From the IMG/VR virus record IMGVR_UViG_3300012971_000016, positions 1 to 36,770 of that record: a stretch of 36,770 nucleotides of DNA, one strand, 5' to 3'. Made by a program: the position numbers and the translations under genes. Shown here one piece after another: positions 27,332-36,770 of the stretch. This DNA comes from a virus (taxonomy: Duplodnaviria > Caudoviricetes). How positions within the stretch are numbered: the first letter of the stretch is position 1; the number at the start of each line of letters is the position of its first letter. Under the pieces are notes generated by a model. That model ran no database searches. It had not been told where the DNA came from and saw nothing but the letters and a program-made list of their open reading frames with translations.

Positions 27332-27880
27332 ATGGCTGGATCATATTCATCAACGGTAAACCCTGGTGCTTTTGTCCCTACAACAAACGTATGGGATGTA
27401 AGTAGGTTATATGAAGTTGATGTTAAAAGTCCTGAGTTTAAAGAATTATTAGTTCGTCTATATCAAAATATTAATATTATTTCTCTAACACTTAATATAA
27501 AAGACTCTGGATATTATGTTCTTAATGAATTTGTTAATGGACAACTATTTTTTCCTAATACTGCTCTGGGAGCAACTCCTTCTACTCCTCTTTTTAGACA
27601 AGTTTATCGTAAAGTTATTAACTTTGGTGCATTACCGGCAGCGGGTACTAAATCAGTCGCACATACTATTGCCATAAGTAACACATTTATATTTACCAGA
27701 ATATATGCTACTGCTTCTGATCCAGTAGGATTAACCTATATACCGATTCCTTATGCATCACCGGTATTAGCTAATAATATAGAAATTAATGTTGATGCAA
27801 CTAATGTTAATATTACGGTAGGATCAAATAGAAGCAATTACACTATATGTTATGTTATATTGGAATATATAAAATCCTAA
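27332..27880 (+). CDS. Tail structural protein
   Basis: RQVYRKVINFG...VILEYIK fibre-like C-terminus. Confidence 0.65.
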   Translation: MAGSYSSTVNPGAFVPTTNVWDVSRLYEVDVKSPEFKELLVRLYQNINIISLTLNIKDSGYYVLNEFVNGQLFFPNTALGATPSTPLFRQVYRKVINFGALPAAGTKSVAHTIAISNTFIFTRIYATASDPVGLTYIPIPYASPVLANNIEINVDATNVNITVGSNRSNYTICYVILEYIKS

Positions 27881-27889
27881 GGAGATATA

Positions 27890-28639
27890 ATGGCAGCGCC
27901 TATACCCGCACAATTAGTACCACAAAATAATCAAATCCCAATGCAACAACAAAAAAAACCAGGATTTTGGGAAAATGTAGGTAATTACTTCTTAGGAACT
28001 CCAGGTGGTTATAAACAACAGTTATCCATTACACCGCAACAACAACAATTGCAAAATCAAGCCATTCAACAAACGATGCAATTATTACAGAATCTCGGTC
28101 AAGGAGCTAATTTTGAACCTATAGAACAGTTAGCACGGACGAATTTCCAACAAAAAACTATTCCGAGTATTGCTGAACGATTTACCAGGATGGGTGGTCA
28201 GGGTTCAGGTGCATTTCAACAAACACTCGGAGAAGCTGGTTCTAATTTAGAACAAGGGTTAGCAGCTTTAAAGTCTCAACATGGATTACAACAACAACAG
28301 CAATTAGAACGATTACTTCCTACATTGCTTGGATTTAGTATGCAAAACCCTTATGAATCTTTTTATGAAGAACCACAGTCAGGAGCTCTTCCCGGATTAC
28401 TTCAAGGACTAGGCAGTTTGGGATTAGGATATTTAACGGGAGGAGGATCTTTAATTCCTTCTTTATTAGGTGGTCTTGGTGGATTATTTTCAAGTGGTCG
28501 TCAACAACAACAACCAATGCAACAGCAACAAGCTCAATTAACTCCCCAAGGATTGGCTCAACGACTTAATTCATTACAACAACGTAATAGACAAAGTATT
28601 AATGCATTATTTCCTTCATTGGGTAATTTATCTTTTTAG
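27890..28639 (+). CDS. Probable DNA ejection protein
   Basis: Gln/Gly/Leu-rich, low complexity; follows the tail genes. Confidence 0.6.
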   Translation: MAAPIPAQLVPQNNQIPMQQQKKPGFWENVGNYFLGTPGGYKQQLSITPQQQQLQNQAIQQTMQLLQNLGQGANFEPIEQLARTNFQQKTIPSIAERFTRMGGQGSGAFQQTLGEAGSNLEQGLAALKSQHGLQQQQQLERLLPTLLGFSMQNPYESFYEEPQSGALPGLLQGLGSLGLGYLTGGGSLIPSLLGGLGGLFSSGRQQQQPMQQQQAQLTPQGLAQRLNSLQQRNRQSINALFPSLGNLSF

Positions 28640-28648
28640 GAGAGTACG

Positions 28649-29698
28649 ATGGCACAGATTGTTAAAGGATATGATAGAGCAGCACAATTAGGACAAATAA
28701 CCGGTTCTGCTTTAGGAAATCTTCTCGAAGGATTAGCTCAACATAAAACACAACAATTAGCCCATAGGCAACAAGGTGCTTTTTGGGAACAATTAGGATT
28801 AGCCCCAGAAATGGCTCATGCTTTATCTTCACAACCTGATGCTATACAAAAAGAAATACTAAGTAGATTAGAAGGTGTTTCATTAGGAGGACAACAAAAT
28901 CCACTAGAAGCACTAAAATCATTGGGTCAACCAACAGAACCACAAATACAATCTCAGATACAACAACAACCAAGTAATTTAATATTAGGCCCTGGTAAAC
29001 AAGAGCGTATGCATCGTGAACGGTTAGCTCAACAACGAGAATTATCAGAAAAAAAGATGGAAGCTCAAGAAAAACGAGAAGCATTTAAATTAACTAAAGA
29101 TGAACGAAAACAAATATTTCAAGAGGGAAAAGCAGCACGAGATGATCTTCATGAATTAGATCGATTAGAAGAGTTAGAAAAAGAAGGAGTAGATACTCCG
29201 GGATACGTTGAATTCTTAAAACGATCGGGATTAGATATACCTGCTTTAATGAATCCATCAAGTGAAGAATTTCAGAAAGTTGCACAAACATTTATGAGAA
29301 ATGCGAAAAACTATTTGGGATCTCGTATTTCTAATTTTGAATTAGAACAATTTCTGAAAACTATACCGTCTCTGTCCCAATCTCCTGAAGGAAGAAAAAG
29401 AGTTATTGCTGATTTAAAATATATGGCACGAGTTAAACTTGAGCATATGAAGGCTTTAAAGAAAATTCTTAAAAGAAATAAAAATATTCCACCGCTTGAT
29501 TTATTAGAACAAATAGATGACCTGGTAGGTAATAAAATGGATAAGATAGCTAAAAAGTTTAAGGATGATTTAGCTAAACCGGTTCCTGAAGGACAAAATC
29601 AACTTATTACTGCATCTCAAGCTCTTTTAGGAAGTGTAATAGGTGCCCCTGGTAAATTATTAGGTGGCTTAGGACATCTTTTAGGTGGGATATTATAA
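28649..29698 (+). CDS. Probable DNA ejection protein
   Basis: Helical; Gly-rich N-terminus; GSRISNFE motif. Confidence 0.6.
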   Translation: MAQIVKGYDRAAQLGQITGSALGNLLEGLAQHKTQQLAHRQQGAFWEQLGLAPEMAHALSSQPDAIQKEILSRLEGVSLGGQQNPLEALKSLGQPTEPQIQSQIQQQPSNLILGPGKQERMHRERLAQQRELSEKKMEAQEKREAFKLTKDERKQIFQEGKAARDDLHELDRLEELEKEGVDTPGYVEFLKRSGLDIPALMNPSSEEFQKVAQTFMRNAKNYLGSRISNFELEQFLKTIPSLSQSPEGRKRVIADLKYMARVKLEHMKALKKILKRNKNIPPLDLLEQIDDLVGNKMDKIAKKFKDDLAKPVPEGQNQLITASQALLGSVIGAPGKLLGGLGHLLGGIL

Positions 29699-29806
29699 TT
29701 AATCTAAGAATTTATAATATCTATTAATTAATAATAAGATCCAGGTTAATGGATGAAATATCAATGGCCAGAAAATAACATAAACAATTAATTTGAAAAT
29801 ATTCAT
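29699..29806 (-). CDS. 35-aa hydrophobic microprotein (not in track)
   Basis: MNIFKLIVYVIFWPLIFHPLTWILLLINR...; ATGA coupled to the upstream ORF. Confidence 0.45.
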   Translation of the reverse strand: MNIFKLIVYVIFWPLIFHPLTWILLLINRYYKFLD

Positions 29807-29943
29807 GATAAATATCTTTCTTTTATAACATCTATTGAAACACCATTCTTTAACAGAGAACGTATTTTTTTGTGATATTTTTTATCTATATATAAAGATA
29901 ATTTTAGAAGTGTTAGTAATTTATTATTTCTTTTAACTTCCAT
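29803..29943 (-). CDS. 46-aa basic protein (not in track)
   Basis: MEVKRNNKLL...; AAAGG upstream. Confidence 0.45.
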   Translation of the reverse strand: MEVKRNNKLLTLLKLSLYIDKKYHKKIRSLLKNGVSIDVIKERYLS

Positions 29944-30125
29944 TTTTTAACCTTTCCATTATAATAATAGTAAATATATCCTAAATATATTAGTCTACTT
30001 ACTCACTTAAATGCCGTGTAAGTAGACTCTTTTTTTATTCATGAAGCCATAGTTTTGTAAAGAAAACCCTGTTTAAACAAATCGTCATCTTCATTTATTC
30101 CATTGAACTTTTAAGCTATGGCTTT

Positions 30126-30278
30126 TTATTCATATTTCTGTTCTTGTGCTATAGCATCTAAAATTGCGCGTATAATCCATGCTTTCATGGTCATATTTCT
30201 ATAAGCAGCTCTTATCTTTATTTCTTTATGAAGTTCTTCAGGCATTTCAATAATCACTTGTTTCAATTTCTGTTCCAT
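30126..30278 (-). CDS. 50-aa ribbon-helix-helix (Arc/ParG-like) protein (not in track)
   Basis: MEQKLKQVIIEMPEELHKEIKIRAAYRNMTMKAWIIRAI; RBS AGGA. Confidence 0.75.
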   Translation of the reverse strand: MEQKLKQVIIEMPEELHKEIKIRAAYRNMTMKAWIIRAILDAIAQEQKYE

Positions 30279-30401
30279 TATATTCCTATAAATCTATATT
30301 TATAATATAACTATACCACAAAAAATAAAGATTGCAAATTATATTTAGGCCATAGTATGTTGGGTATGGTTTAAAATTTTTTACTCTTTAAAGGAGAGAT
30401 A

Positions 30402-33089
30402 ATGGCAGTTAATGATAGATTTCCCGGGGTGGCATCCACCCTTAATGGTTTGAGTGTTTTAGCTCAAAAACCGATTATTTCTAAACGAGCACCAACAAGC
30501 ACCGATTTTGCATTGTTAGGTACTTTATGGGTAGATTATCCCAATGATGCCGTCTACTGTATTACTTCAATTGTTAATAATGTAGCTACGTGGACAACGA
30601 GTCCTGCTTCTGGGGTTGGTATGTTTACCTCGGTAACCGTTAACCCTGGTGATGTCGATGTAACGGCAGGGGATGTTAATATACCGTTAGGTAACCTTGA
30701 TGTTACCGTTGGTGATGTTACCGTGGGAGGCAATGTATCTATTACCGGTGATTTAACAGTAGCGGGGGTTGCTACCTTTACCGGTGATTTAGATTTAACA
30801 TCAGCAGCACTTATTGATTTAACTTCTACTTTAGATGCAGCTCCTTCTATATTATTACATGCCGATGGTGGCACCAGTGAGTCGATAGAGCTTCATAGTG
30901 ATCAAGGTACTTCGCTAACCTCTATTAATATCCATTCAGATGTTGGTGGTGTTGCAGTGACGAGTGGATTAGCAAATGCTGATGCTATTACCTTAACTTC
31001 CAGTGCTGGTGGCTTAGATGTAGACGCTGCTTTGCAAGTTAATATTGATAGTTCACAAGCAGCAAGTACGGCTATTGTTCTTTCAGCTTCTAATGCAGCT
31101 GGTGGTATTAGTGCAACTTCTGGTACGGGTGGAATTGCTTTAGCCGCAACAAATGGTACGGTCGCGATTACTTCAGGAACCGGTGCTATTAATATTGGCG
31201 CAGATGCTGCTGCTCATGTGATAACAATTGGTAACGTAACGAGTACTACTGGTATTATCGAACATGTTGGTACCGGAAACTTTGTGCTTGATGGGGTAAC
31301 GAGCTCTACCTATGCAGTTGGTGCTTCAACAACGACCGGATCAATAACTATTGGTGGTACGGCACAAAGTGGTGATTTAGTTTTAGGTTCTTCAAGCGCT
31401 TCTAATGCAGTTAAGATTGCTAATGGTGCAGGAGCAACAACTTTAACGATTGCTAATGTACAAACAGCAGGAAGTGTTTCGGTTGGTGCCGCAATGACAA
31501 CCGGTACGATTAGTATTGGTGGTACCGGATTACAAACCGGTAACTTCGATTTAGCACCAGGTACCGGCGCACAAACAGTTACGCTTGCCAATGGTAGTGG
31601 CGTTAAAACTCTTAATATTGGGTCAGGTGTTTCTGGTAATACGGTCTCTATTGCTAATGGTATTAATACTTCAGCACAGATTCTTAATTTAGCAAATGGT
31701 GCGGCAGCTGCTGATTCTACCGTTAATATACTTTCTGGTGTCGCAACGGTAGGAACTCAAACATTAAATTTAGGGGCGGGTGCATCTGCTAAAGCAATTA
31801 ATATTGGTACGGGAGCGGCCGTTATTAATACGATTTCGATTGGCGGTACTGGTGCGAACGTTATTGCAATTGGTAATACACAAACAGGTGGTTCAGTAGC
31901 CATTGGTACAGCGATGACAACTGGTACCGTATCGATTGGCGGGACTGGTGCACAAACAGGTAATTTTGATCTAGCTCCGGGAACCGGTGCTCAAACCGTA
32001 ACACTGGCGAATGGATCTGGAGTTAAAACAATAAATATAGGTTCTGGAGTATCAGGTAACACGATCAGTATTGGTAATGGCATCAATACGAGTGCCCAAA
32101 CAGTTAATATTGCTAATGGTGCTTCAGGTGCCAATTCAACGGTTAATATTCTTTCTGGAGTTGGTACTACGGGAGCTGGCGTTCTTGCGCTTGGTAATAA
32201 TACGCGCGTAACGACGATCGGTTTGGGTAATATTGCTCCCGCCGCTGCCAGAACTATTACTATTGCCGGTGGTAACTCAGCACAAAATGATACCGTCAGT
32301 ATTCTTTCTGGAAATCCGTCTGCTAATACTCAAACAGTTACTATTCTTGGTGGTGCACCAAGTGGTGGTACTCAAGTTCTTAATCTTGGTACTCAAACTA
32401 CTACCGCTCTTACGGTCAATATTGGTAATGGTGCTTCAGTAGCTAATACGATAGCTATCGGTGGTAGTGGAGCCAATGTTATTACCATGGGTAATACGCA
32501 GACCGGTGGATCGGTTGCTATTGGTACGGCGATGACATCCGGCACTATATCAATTGGTGGAACGGGTGCTCAGACTGGTAATTTTGATTTAGCGCCAGGA
32601 ACTGGTGCTCAGACAGTTACTTTAGCTAACGGTGGAACTGGCGTTAAGACCCTTAATATTGCAACTGGTTCGGTAGCAAACGTAGTCACCTTAGGATCTA
32701 CCACGGCCAGTGCTCAAACAATTCTTCAAGCGGGTTCTGGTACTACTGGTCTTAAATTTAATGCAGGTGGTAATGTTCAAATGGTACCTTCAACCGCTAC
32801 TTCATCTGCGGCTGGTACTTCAGTTACTATTAATGCTCGGGTTGGCGTAGCAACTTTTACTGGTTCAACTACTGCTTCAGCCGGAACCGTAACCTTTACC
32901 GTTAATAACAGCACGGCTTCTGCAACCTCAGCAGTACTATATGGTATTAGTAACCAAGGTTCTAATGATGCTCAGATGACCTTACAGCGTCTAAAATTAG
33001 GGGCAACAACCATGGACTTTACCTTTAAGAATAATGGTGCAGCAGCTCTTAATGGCGATGTAATTATCTCATTCTGGATCATCGCGTAA
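30402..33089 (+). CDS. Long beta-helical tail fibre/spike
   Basis: Gly/Thr/Ala-rich xIxIG repeats; TGNFDLAPGTGAQTVTLANG three times. Confidence 0.8.
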   Translation: MAVNDRFPGVASTLNGLSVLAQKPIISKRAPTSTDFALLGTLWVDYPNDAVYCITSIVNNVATWTTSPASGVGMFTSVTVNPGDVDVTAGDVNIPLGNLDVTVGDVTVGGNVSITGDLTVAGVATFTGDLDLTSAALIDLTSTLDAAPSILLHADGGTSESIELHSDQGTSLTSINIHSDVGGVAVTSGLANADAITLTSSAGGLDVDAALQVNIDSSQAASTAIVLSASNAAGGISATSGTGGIALAATNGTVAITSGTGAINIGADAAAHVITIGNVTSTTGIIEHVGTGNFVLDGVTSSTYAVGASTTTGSITIGGTAQSGDLVLGSSSASNAVKIANGAGATTLTIANVQTAGSVSVGAAMTTGTISIGGTGLQTGNFDLAPGTGAQTVTLANGSGVKTLNIGSGVSGNTVSIANGINTSAQILNLANGAAAADSTVNILSGVATVGTQTLNLGAGASAKAINIGTGAAVINTISIGGTGANVIAIGNTQTGGSVAIGTAMTTGTVSIGGTGAQTGNFDLAPGTGAQTVTLANGSGVKTINIGSGVSGNTISIGNGINTSAQTVNIANGASGANSTVNILSGVGTTGAGVLALGNNTRVTTIGLGNIAPAAARTITIAGGNSAQNDTVSILSGNPSANTQTVTILGGAPSGGTQVLNLGTQTTTALTVNIGNGASVANTIAIGGSGANVITMGNTQTGGSVAIGTAMTSGTISIGGTGAQTGNFDLAPGTGAQTVTLANGGTGVKTLNIATGSVANVVTLGSTTASAQTILQAGSGTTGLKFNAGGNVQMVPSTATSSAAGTSVTINARVGVATFTGSTTASAGTVTFTVNNSTASATSAVLYGISNQGSNDAQMTLQRLKLGATTMDFTFKNNGAAALNGDVIISFWIIA

Positions 33090-33098
33090 GGAGTTACG

Positions 33099-33455
33099 AT
33101 GAGTATTACCTCAATAAGAATGTTTGCAGAACCGATACGAACGGCTGCATTTGGCTCAATTACGGGCACCTACACTGAAGTAGGTGCTCCCTTAACTAAT
33201 CCCGTAAGAGTATTTAATTTTCAGAATCAAACTGATGCTGATTTACTTATCTCTTTTAATGGAACTGACGATCATATATTTTTACCTTCTCATGGTTTTT
33301 TTGTACTGGATATTACCGCAAATAAGAATTCTCCTTCAGGATTCTTTATTTTTTCCAATGCTCCCATATTTGTTAAAGATAATGGTACTCCCCCTACCAC
33401 TGGCGCATTGTATGTAATGTCATTTTATGGGGTAACTAATCCAGCTATTGATTAA
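33099..33455 (+). CDS. Small beta-sandwich structural protein
   Basis: NQTDADLLISFNG motif; RBS AAGGAG. Confidence 0.7.
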   Translation: MSITSIRMFAEPIRTAAFGSITGTYTEVGAPLTNPVRVFNFQNQTDADLLISFNGTDDHIFLPSHGFFVLDITANKNSPSGFFIFSNAPIFVKDNGTPPTTGALYVMSFYGVTNPAID

Positions 33456-33465
33456 AGGAGAAACG

Positions 33466-34257
33466 ATGTCTCAGGCAGGTCAATTTCAATCAGGTACTCC
33501 CGGTATGACACCAGTAGAAACGATAACTGGTAATTCTGGAGGGCCGGTACCACCAAGTGCCGGTGGTAATATTAATCTCTTAGGTTCTGGTGATGTTACG
33601 GTAGCCGGTAATGCGGGGACTAATACCTTAACAATATCCCTATCTGGCGCAGTAGCAGATTCATTTCCTACTGATTCAGGCACCGCAGTCCCCGCTGCTG
33701 GTGCATTAACTATTCATGGGGGTAATAATATAGCAACCTCAGGAGCAGGTTCAACGGTAACAATAGACCTTGATGGTACCACAAACCATACTTTACAAAT
33801 TGGTAATGCATCAGGAAGTTTAACTTCGTTAGGAGTAGCCACGAATGGTCAATTACCGATCGGTTCTACCGGTGCTGATCCGGTACTTTCAACCTTAACT
33901 GCCGGTTCTGGTATTAGCATTACGAATGGGGCTGGAAGTATAACGATTGCCGCTACTTCTACTTCACTTCTCACCTATACCTTAGTTAATACAACTCCCT
34001 ATGTGGTATTAGCCGGGGATCAATATTTGGGTGTTGATACTACTTTTATGCCGATTACGGTGCAACTTCCCAACGCACCTTCAACCGGGAGAGTAATTGT
34101 TATTAAAGATAGAAGTGGTACGGCAGCATTAAATTCAATTACCGTAACTACCGTTGGCGGGGTTGTTCTCATTGATGGTGCCGCTACTTTTGTGATGAAC
34201 ACCGCATATGAAGCCATTCAGGTTATCTTTAATGGTACATTCTATGAAATATTCTAG
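33466..34257 (+). CDS. Tail fibre protein
   Basis: FPTDSGTA module shared with 2122; ITVQLP..P.TGRV..IKD C-terminal domain. Confidence 0.75.
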   Translation: MSQAGQFQSGTPGMTPVETITGNSGGPVPPSAGGNINLLGSGDVTVAGNAGTNTLTISLSGAVADSFPTDSGTAVPAAGALTIHGGNNIATSGAGSTVTIDLDGTTNHTLQIGNASGSLTSLGVATNGQLPIGSTGADPVLSTLTAGSGISITNGAGSITIAATSTSLLTYTLVNTTPYVVLAGDQYLGVDTTFMPITVQLPNAPSTGRVIVIKDRSGTAALNSITVTTVGGVVLIDGAATFVMNTAYEAIQVIFNGTFYEIF

Positions 34258-34266
34258 GAGATAATC

Positions 34267-35073
34267 ATGGCATATAAACGACAAAGTCCGATGCCGGTTG
34301 TAGAAGGTGGTACGGGAGATCAGACATTAACATCTCATGGTGTATTAGTAGGTGAAGGTACTTCTGCAATTACGGCATTATCCGTGGGTACCAATGGACA
34401 ACTTTTGATTGGATCAAGTGGAGCTGATCCTGCATTTTCTACGGTAACATCAACTGGATCAACGCTTACGTATACAACCGGAGCACATACCTTAAATATC
34501 GACGTTACTGCCCCGTTAAATGTGGCACATGGTGGTACTGGGGCGACGAGTTTAACGGCACACGGAGTTTTAGTGGGAGAAGGTACCAGTGCTATCACTC
34601 CCTTAACGGTTGGTACTAATGGTCAAGTTCTCATTGGTGCTACGGCGGCAGATCCAGCATTTGCGACGCTGACTTCTACCGGAGGAACTATTACGTTTAC
34701 TACCGGAGCTAATAGCCTCAATCTTGAAGCAACAAGCGTTCCCATGACCTGGACAGTTGTTACGGGTGCTTCTCAAACAATGGCAATTAATAATGGTTAT
34801 ATTGCTAATAATGCCGGTACTATAGCATTTGCTTTACCTTCAACTGCAGCAGTCGGTTCTATTTTAAGAATTACTGGTATCAATAATGCAACGGGTTGGC
34901 AAATTACTCAGGCTTCTGGGCAACAGATATTCTTTGGAACCTCAAGTACTACCTTAGGAGCAACGGGAACTCTTACCTCATCAGCTACCCGAGATTCAAT
35001 TTATTTGGTTTGCGTGGTAGCTAATACTACGTGGAATGTATTGAGTTCAATTGGTAATATAACGGTGGTGTAA
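34267..35073 (+). CDS. Tail fibre protein (N-terminus paralogous to 617)
   Basis: GGTG..LT.HGVL.GEGT repeat present twice. Confidence 0.8.
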   Translation: MAYKRQSPMPVVEGGTGDQTLTSHGVLVGEGTSAITALSVGTNGQLLIGSSGADPAFSTVTSTGSTLTYTTGAHTLNIDVTAPLNVAHGGTGATSLTAHGVLVGEGTSAITPLTVGTNGQVLIGATAADPAFATLTSTGGTITFTTGANSLNLEATSVPMTWTVVTGASQTMAINNGYIANNAGTIAFALPSTAAVGSILRITGINNATGWQITQASGQQIFFGTSSTTLGATGTLTSSATRDSIYLVCVVANTTWNVLSSIGNITVV

Positions 35074-35074
35074 T

Positions 35075-35797
35075 ATGGCTACCAATAATAGTATTAATAG
35101 TAATATACCAATAGAGATAGCTAAAGGAGGAACTAATGCTACTTCAATGGGTACTACTGATGGTGTTGTGTATTATGATGGTACTCGATTAGTAACAACA
35201 GGTGCGGGAACTTCTGGTCAAGCACTGACCAGTAATGGATCAGGATCAGCTCCTACCTATCAAGCTCTTTCTGGTACGAGTAAGTTAGTACTTATTCAAT
35301 CTCAACCGGCAAGTAGTTCTTCAACGATAGATTTTACGACGGGGATAACTTCAACGTATGCTACCTATTTGTTTGTTTTAAGCAATATTTTACCCACAAC
35401 AGCAGGAGATATTCTCACCTTACAAGTATCTACTAATGGTGGTAGTTCTTGGACAGCCGGAACTGGTTATACTTCAGGTTCTACGTATAGTGCTTTTAAT
35501 TCAGGTACCTGGTCTAATAAAAATGTAAATGCTGGTGCTATCTGGGATATTTCGGATGCTATTTCTACTTCTACTCCCAAATATAGTGCCTCTATTTATC
35601 TGTATAATATTACCAATAGTCTTACCCCTATGTATATGGGATATGGTTCTTTTACCCCCAATGGTGGTACGTTTGGCTATAATTTAGTAACCGGTAATCA
35701 ATCGGCAGTAACCAATATTAATGCATTTAGGTTTGCCATGAGTACGAGTACTATATCAACCGGTACGTTTACCCTTTATGGCCTTAAGGAGAGTTAA
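35075..35797 (+). CDS. Tail fibre/spike paralog 1
   Basis: MATNNSINSNIPI...GTFTLYGLKES. Confidence 0.8.
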   Translation: MATNNSINSNIPIEIAKGGTNATSMGTTDGVVYYDGTRLVTTGAGTSGQALTSNGSGSAPTYQALSGTSKLVLIQSQPASSSSTIDFTTGITSTYATYLFVLSNILPTTAGDILTLQVSTNGGSSWTAGTGYTSGSTYSAFNSGTWSNKNVNAGAIWDISDAISTSTPKYSASIYLYNITNSLTPMYMGYGSFTPNGGTFGYNLVTGNQSAVTNINAFRFAMSTSTISTGTFTLYGLKES

Positions 35798-36519
35798 TGG
35801 CAACAATCAATAGTATTAATAGTAATATACCCATTGAACTATCCAAGGGTGGTACTAATGCGACGAGTATGGCAACAACTAATGGTACTGTCTATTATGA
35901 TGGTACACGGTTGGTAACGAGTGCCACCGGTACTTCCGGACAAGTTCTTATTAGTGGAGGTGCCGGTGTTGCTCCGACGTATCAAACCGTTTCCGGTTCA
36001 TTGATATTTATTCAGTCACAAACGGCATCTGCTTCTACGACGGTAGATTTTACGACAGGTATTAGTTCTACTTATAATAATTATTATTTTTTGATTAGTA
36101 ATATGTTAGTAAATACGGCCGGTGCCATATTACAAATGCAAGTTTCTACTGATGGCGGTGGTACGTGGACGGCAGGAACAGGGTATAATTCAGGTTCTAA
36201 ACGGATCTCAACCGGTGGTACTACCTGGGCAGCAGGGTCTGCTTCAGGTACGGCACAATGGAATCTTTCTGAAGCAATATCAACTTCAGTTACTCCCCGC
36301 TATTTTGGGTATATTACTTTTTATAATATATCGAATGGTGGCGTTCCTTCTTATTCCGGTTGTGCTATTGATAATCCGAATGCGACGGGTGTTTTAGGTT
36401 ATAATGCGCTCTCAGGATATCAATCAGCAGTAACCACGATTAATGGATTTAGATTTACCGTAAGTTCTGGTAATATGACCACTGGATTTTTTACTCTTTA
36501 TGGGATAAAGGAGAGTTGA
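35797..36519 (+). CDS. Tail fibre/spike paralog 2
   Basis: MATINSINSNIPI...GFFTLYGIKES. Confidence 0.8.
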   Translation: MATINSINSNIPIELSKGGTNATSMATTNGTVYYDGTRLVTSATGTSGQVLISGGAGVAPTYQTVSGSLIFIQSQTASASTTVDFTTGISSTYNNYYFLISNMLVNTAGAILQMQVSTDGGGTWTAGTGYNSGSKRISTGGTTWAAGSASGTAQWNLSEAISTSVTPRYFGYITFYNISNGGVPSYSGCAIDNPNATGVLGYNALSGYQSAVTTINGFRFTVSSGNMTTGFFTLYGIKES

Positions 36520-36770
36520 TGGCTACCAATAATAGTATTAATAGTAATATTCCCATACAAATATCCAAAGGTGGCACTAATGCAACAACGATGGGAACTA
36601 CCGATGGCACTATCTATTATGATGGAACTAAATTAGTAACAACCGCAACGGGTACCTCGGCACAAGTTCTCACGAGCAATGGATCGGGGTCTGCACCAAC
36701 CTATCAAGCGGCTCCTTCGGGAGATGCCTTAGTATTTATTCAATCACAAACCGCATCTAACGCTGCATCT
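36519..36770 (+). CDS. 5' part of tail fibre/spike paralog 3 (continues at 124-597)
   Basis: MATNNSINSNIPIQISKGG; TGATG coupling. Confidence 0.85.
   Translation, partial: MATNNSINSNIPIQISKGGTNATTMGTTDGTIYYDGTKLVTTATGTSAQVLTSNGSGSAPTYQAAPSGDALVFIQSQTASNAAS
36648..36770 (+). repeat. Terminal direct repeat / circular overlap (copy 2)
   Basis: Identical to 1-123. Confidence 0.97.

Noticed and set aside
35075-36770. Diversity-generating retroelement or invertible shufflon in the fibre genes
   Set aside because: No reverse transcriptase or invertase, no adenine-specific TR/VR pair, and all copies are co-oriented full genes.

Overview
Apparently complete, circularly assembled genome (36,647 bp; bases 1-123 repeat at 36648-36770) of an AT-rich short-tailed dsDNA phage. 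It carries an ERF annealase, HTH regulator, HTH replication initiator, RusA-like gene, TerS/TerL, portal, scaffold, N4-gp56-like major capsid protein (MCP), tail-tube and ejection genes, and about 10 kb of paralogous fibre/spike genes. No integrase, polymerase or endolysin is recognisable. The highlight is the 1.1 kb around the capsid start. (1) The MCP gene is split by a canonical 322-nt ORF-less group I intron (20241-20562). (2) Just upstream is a second, related group I ribozyme that appears naturally CIRCULARLY PERMUTED (about 19475-19924): its 3' tail (P9.1 3' strand and omega-G) lies upstream of its 5' splice site, around a 25-nt micro-exon, and about 23 bp of long-range pairing clamp the two halves. 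This is a natural permuted-intron-exon element predicted to make RNA circles or to trans-splice. (3) Three tandem covarying mini-pseudoknots form the capsid leader. All RNA structures were inferred by eye and need covariance modelling and splicing assays.
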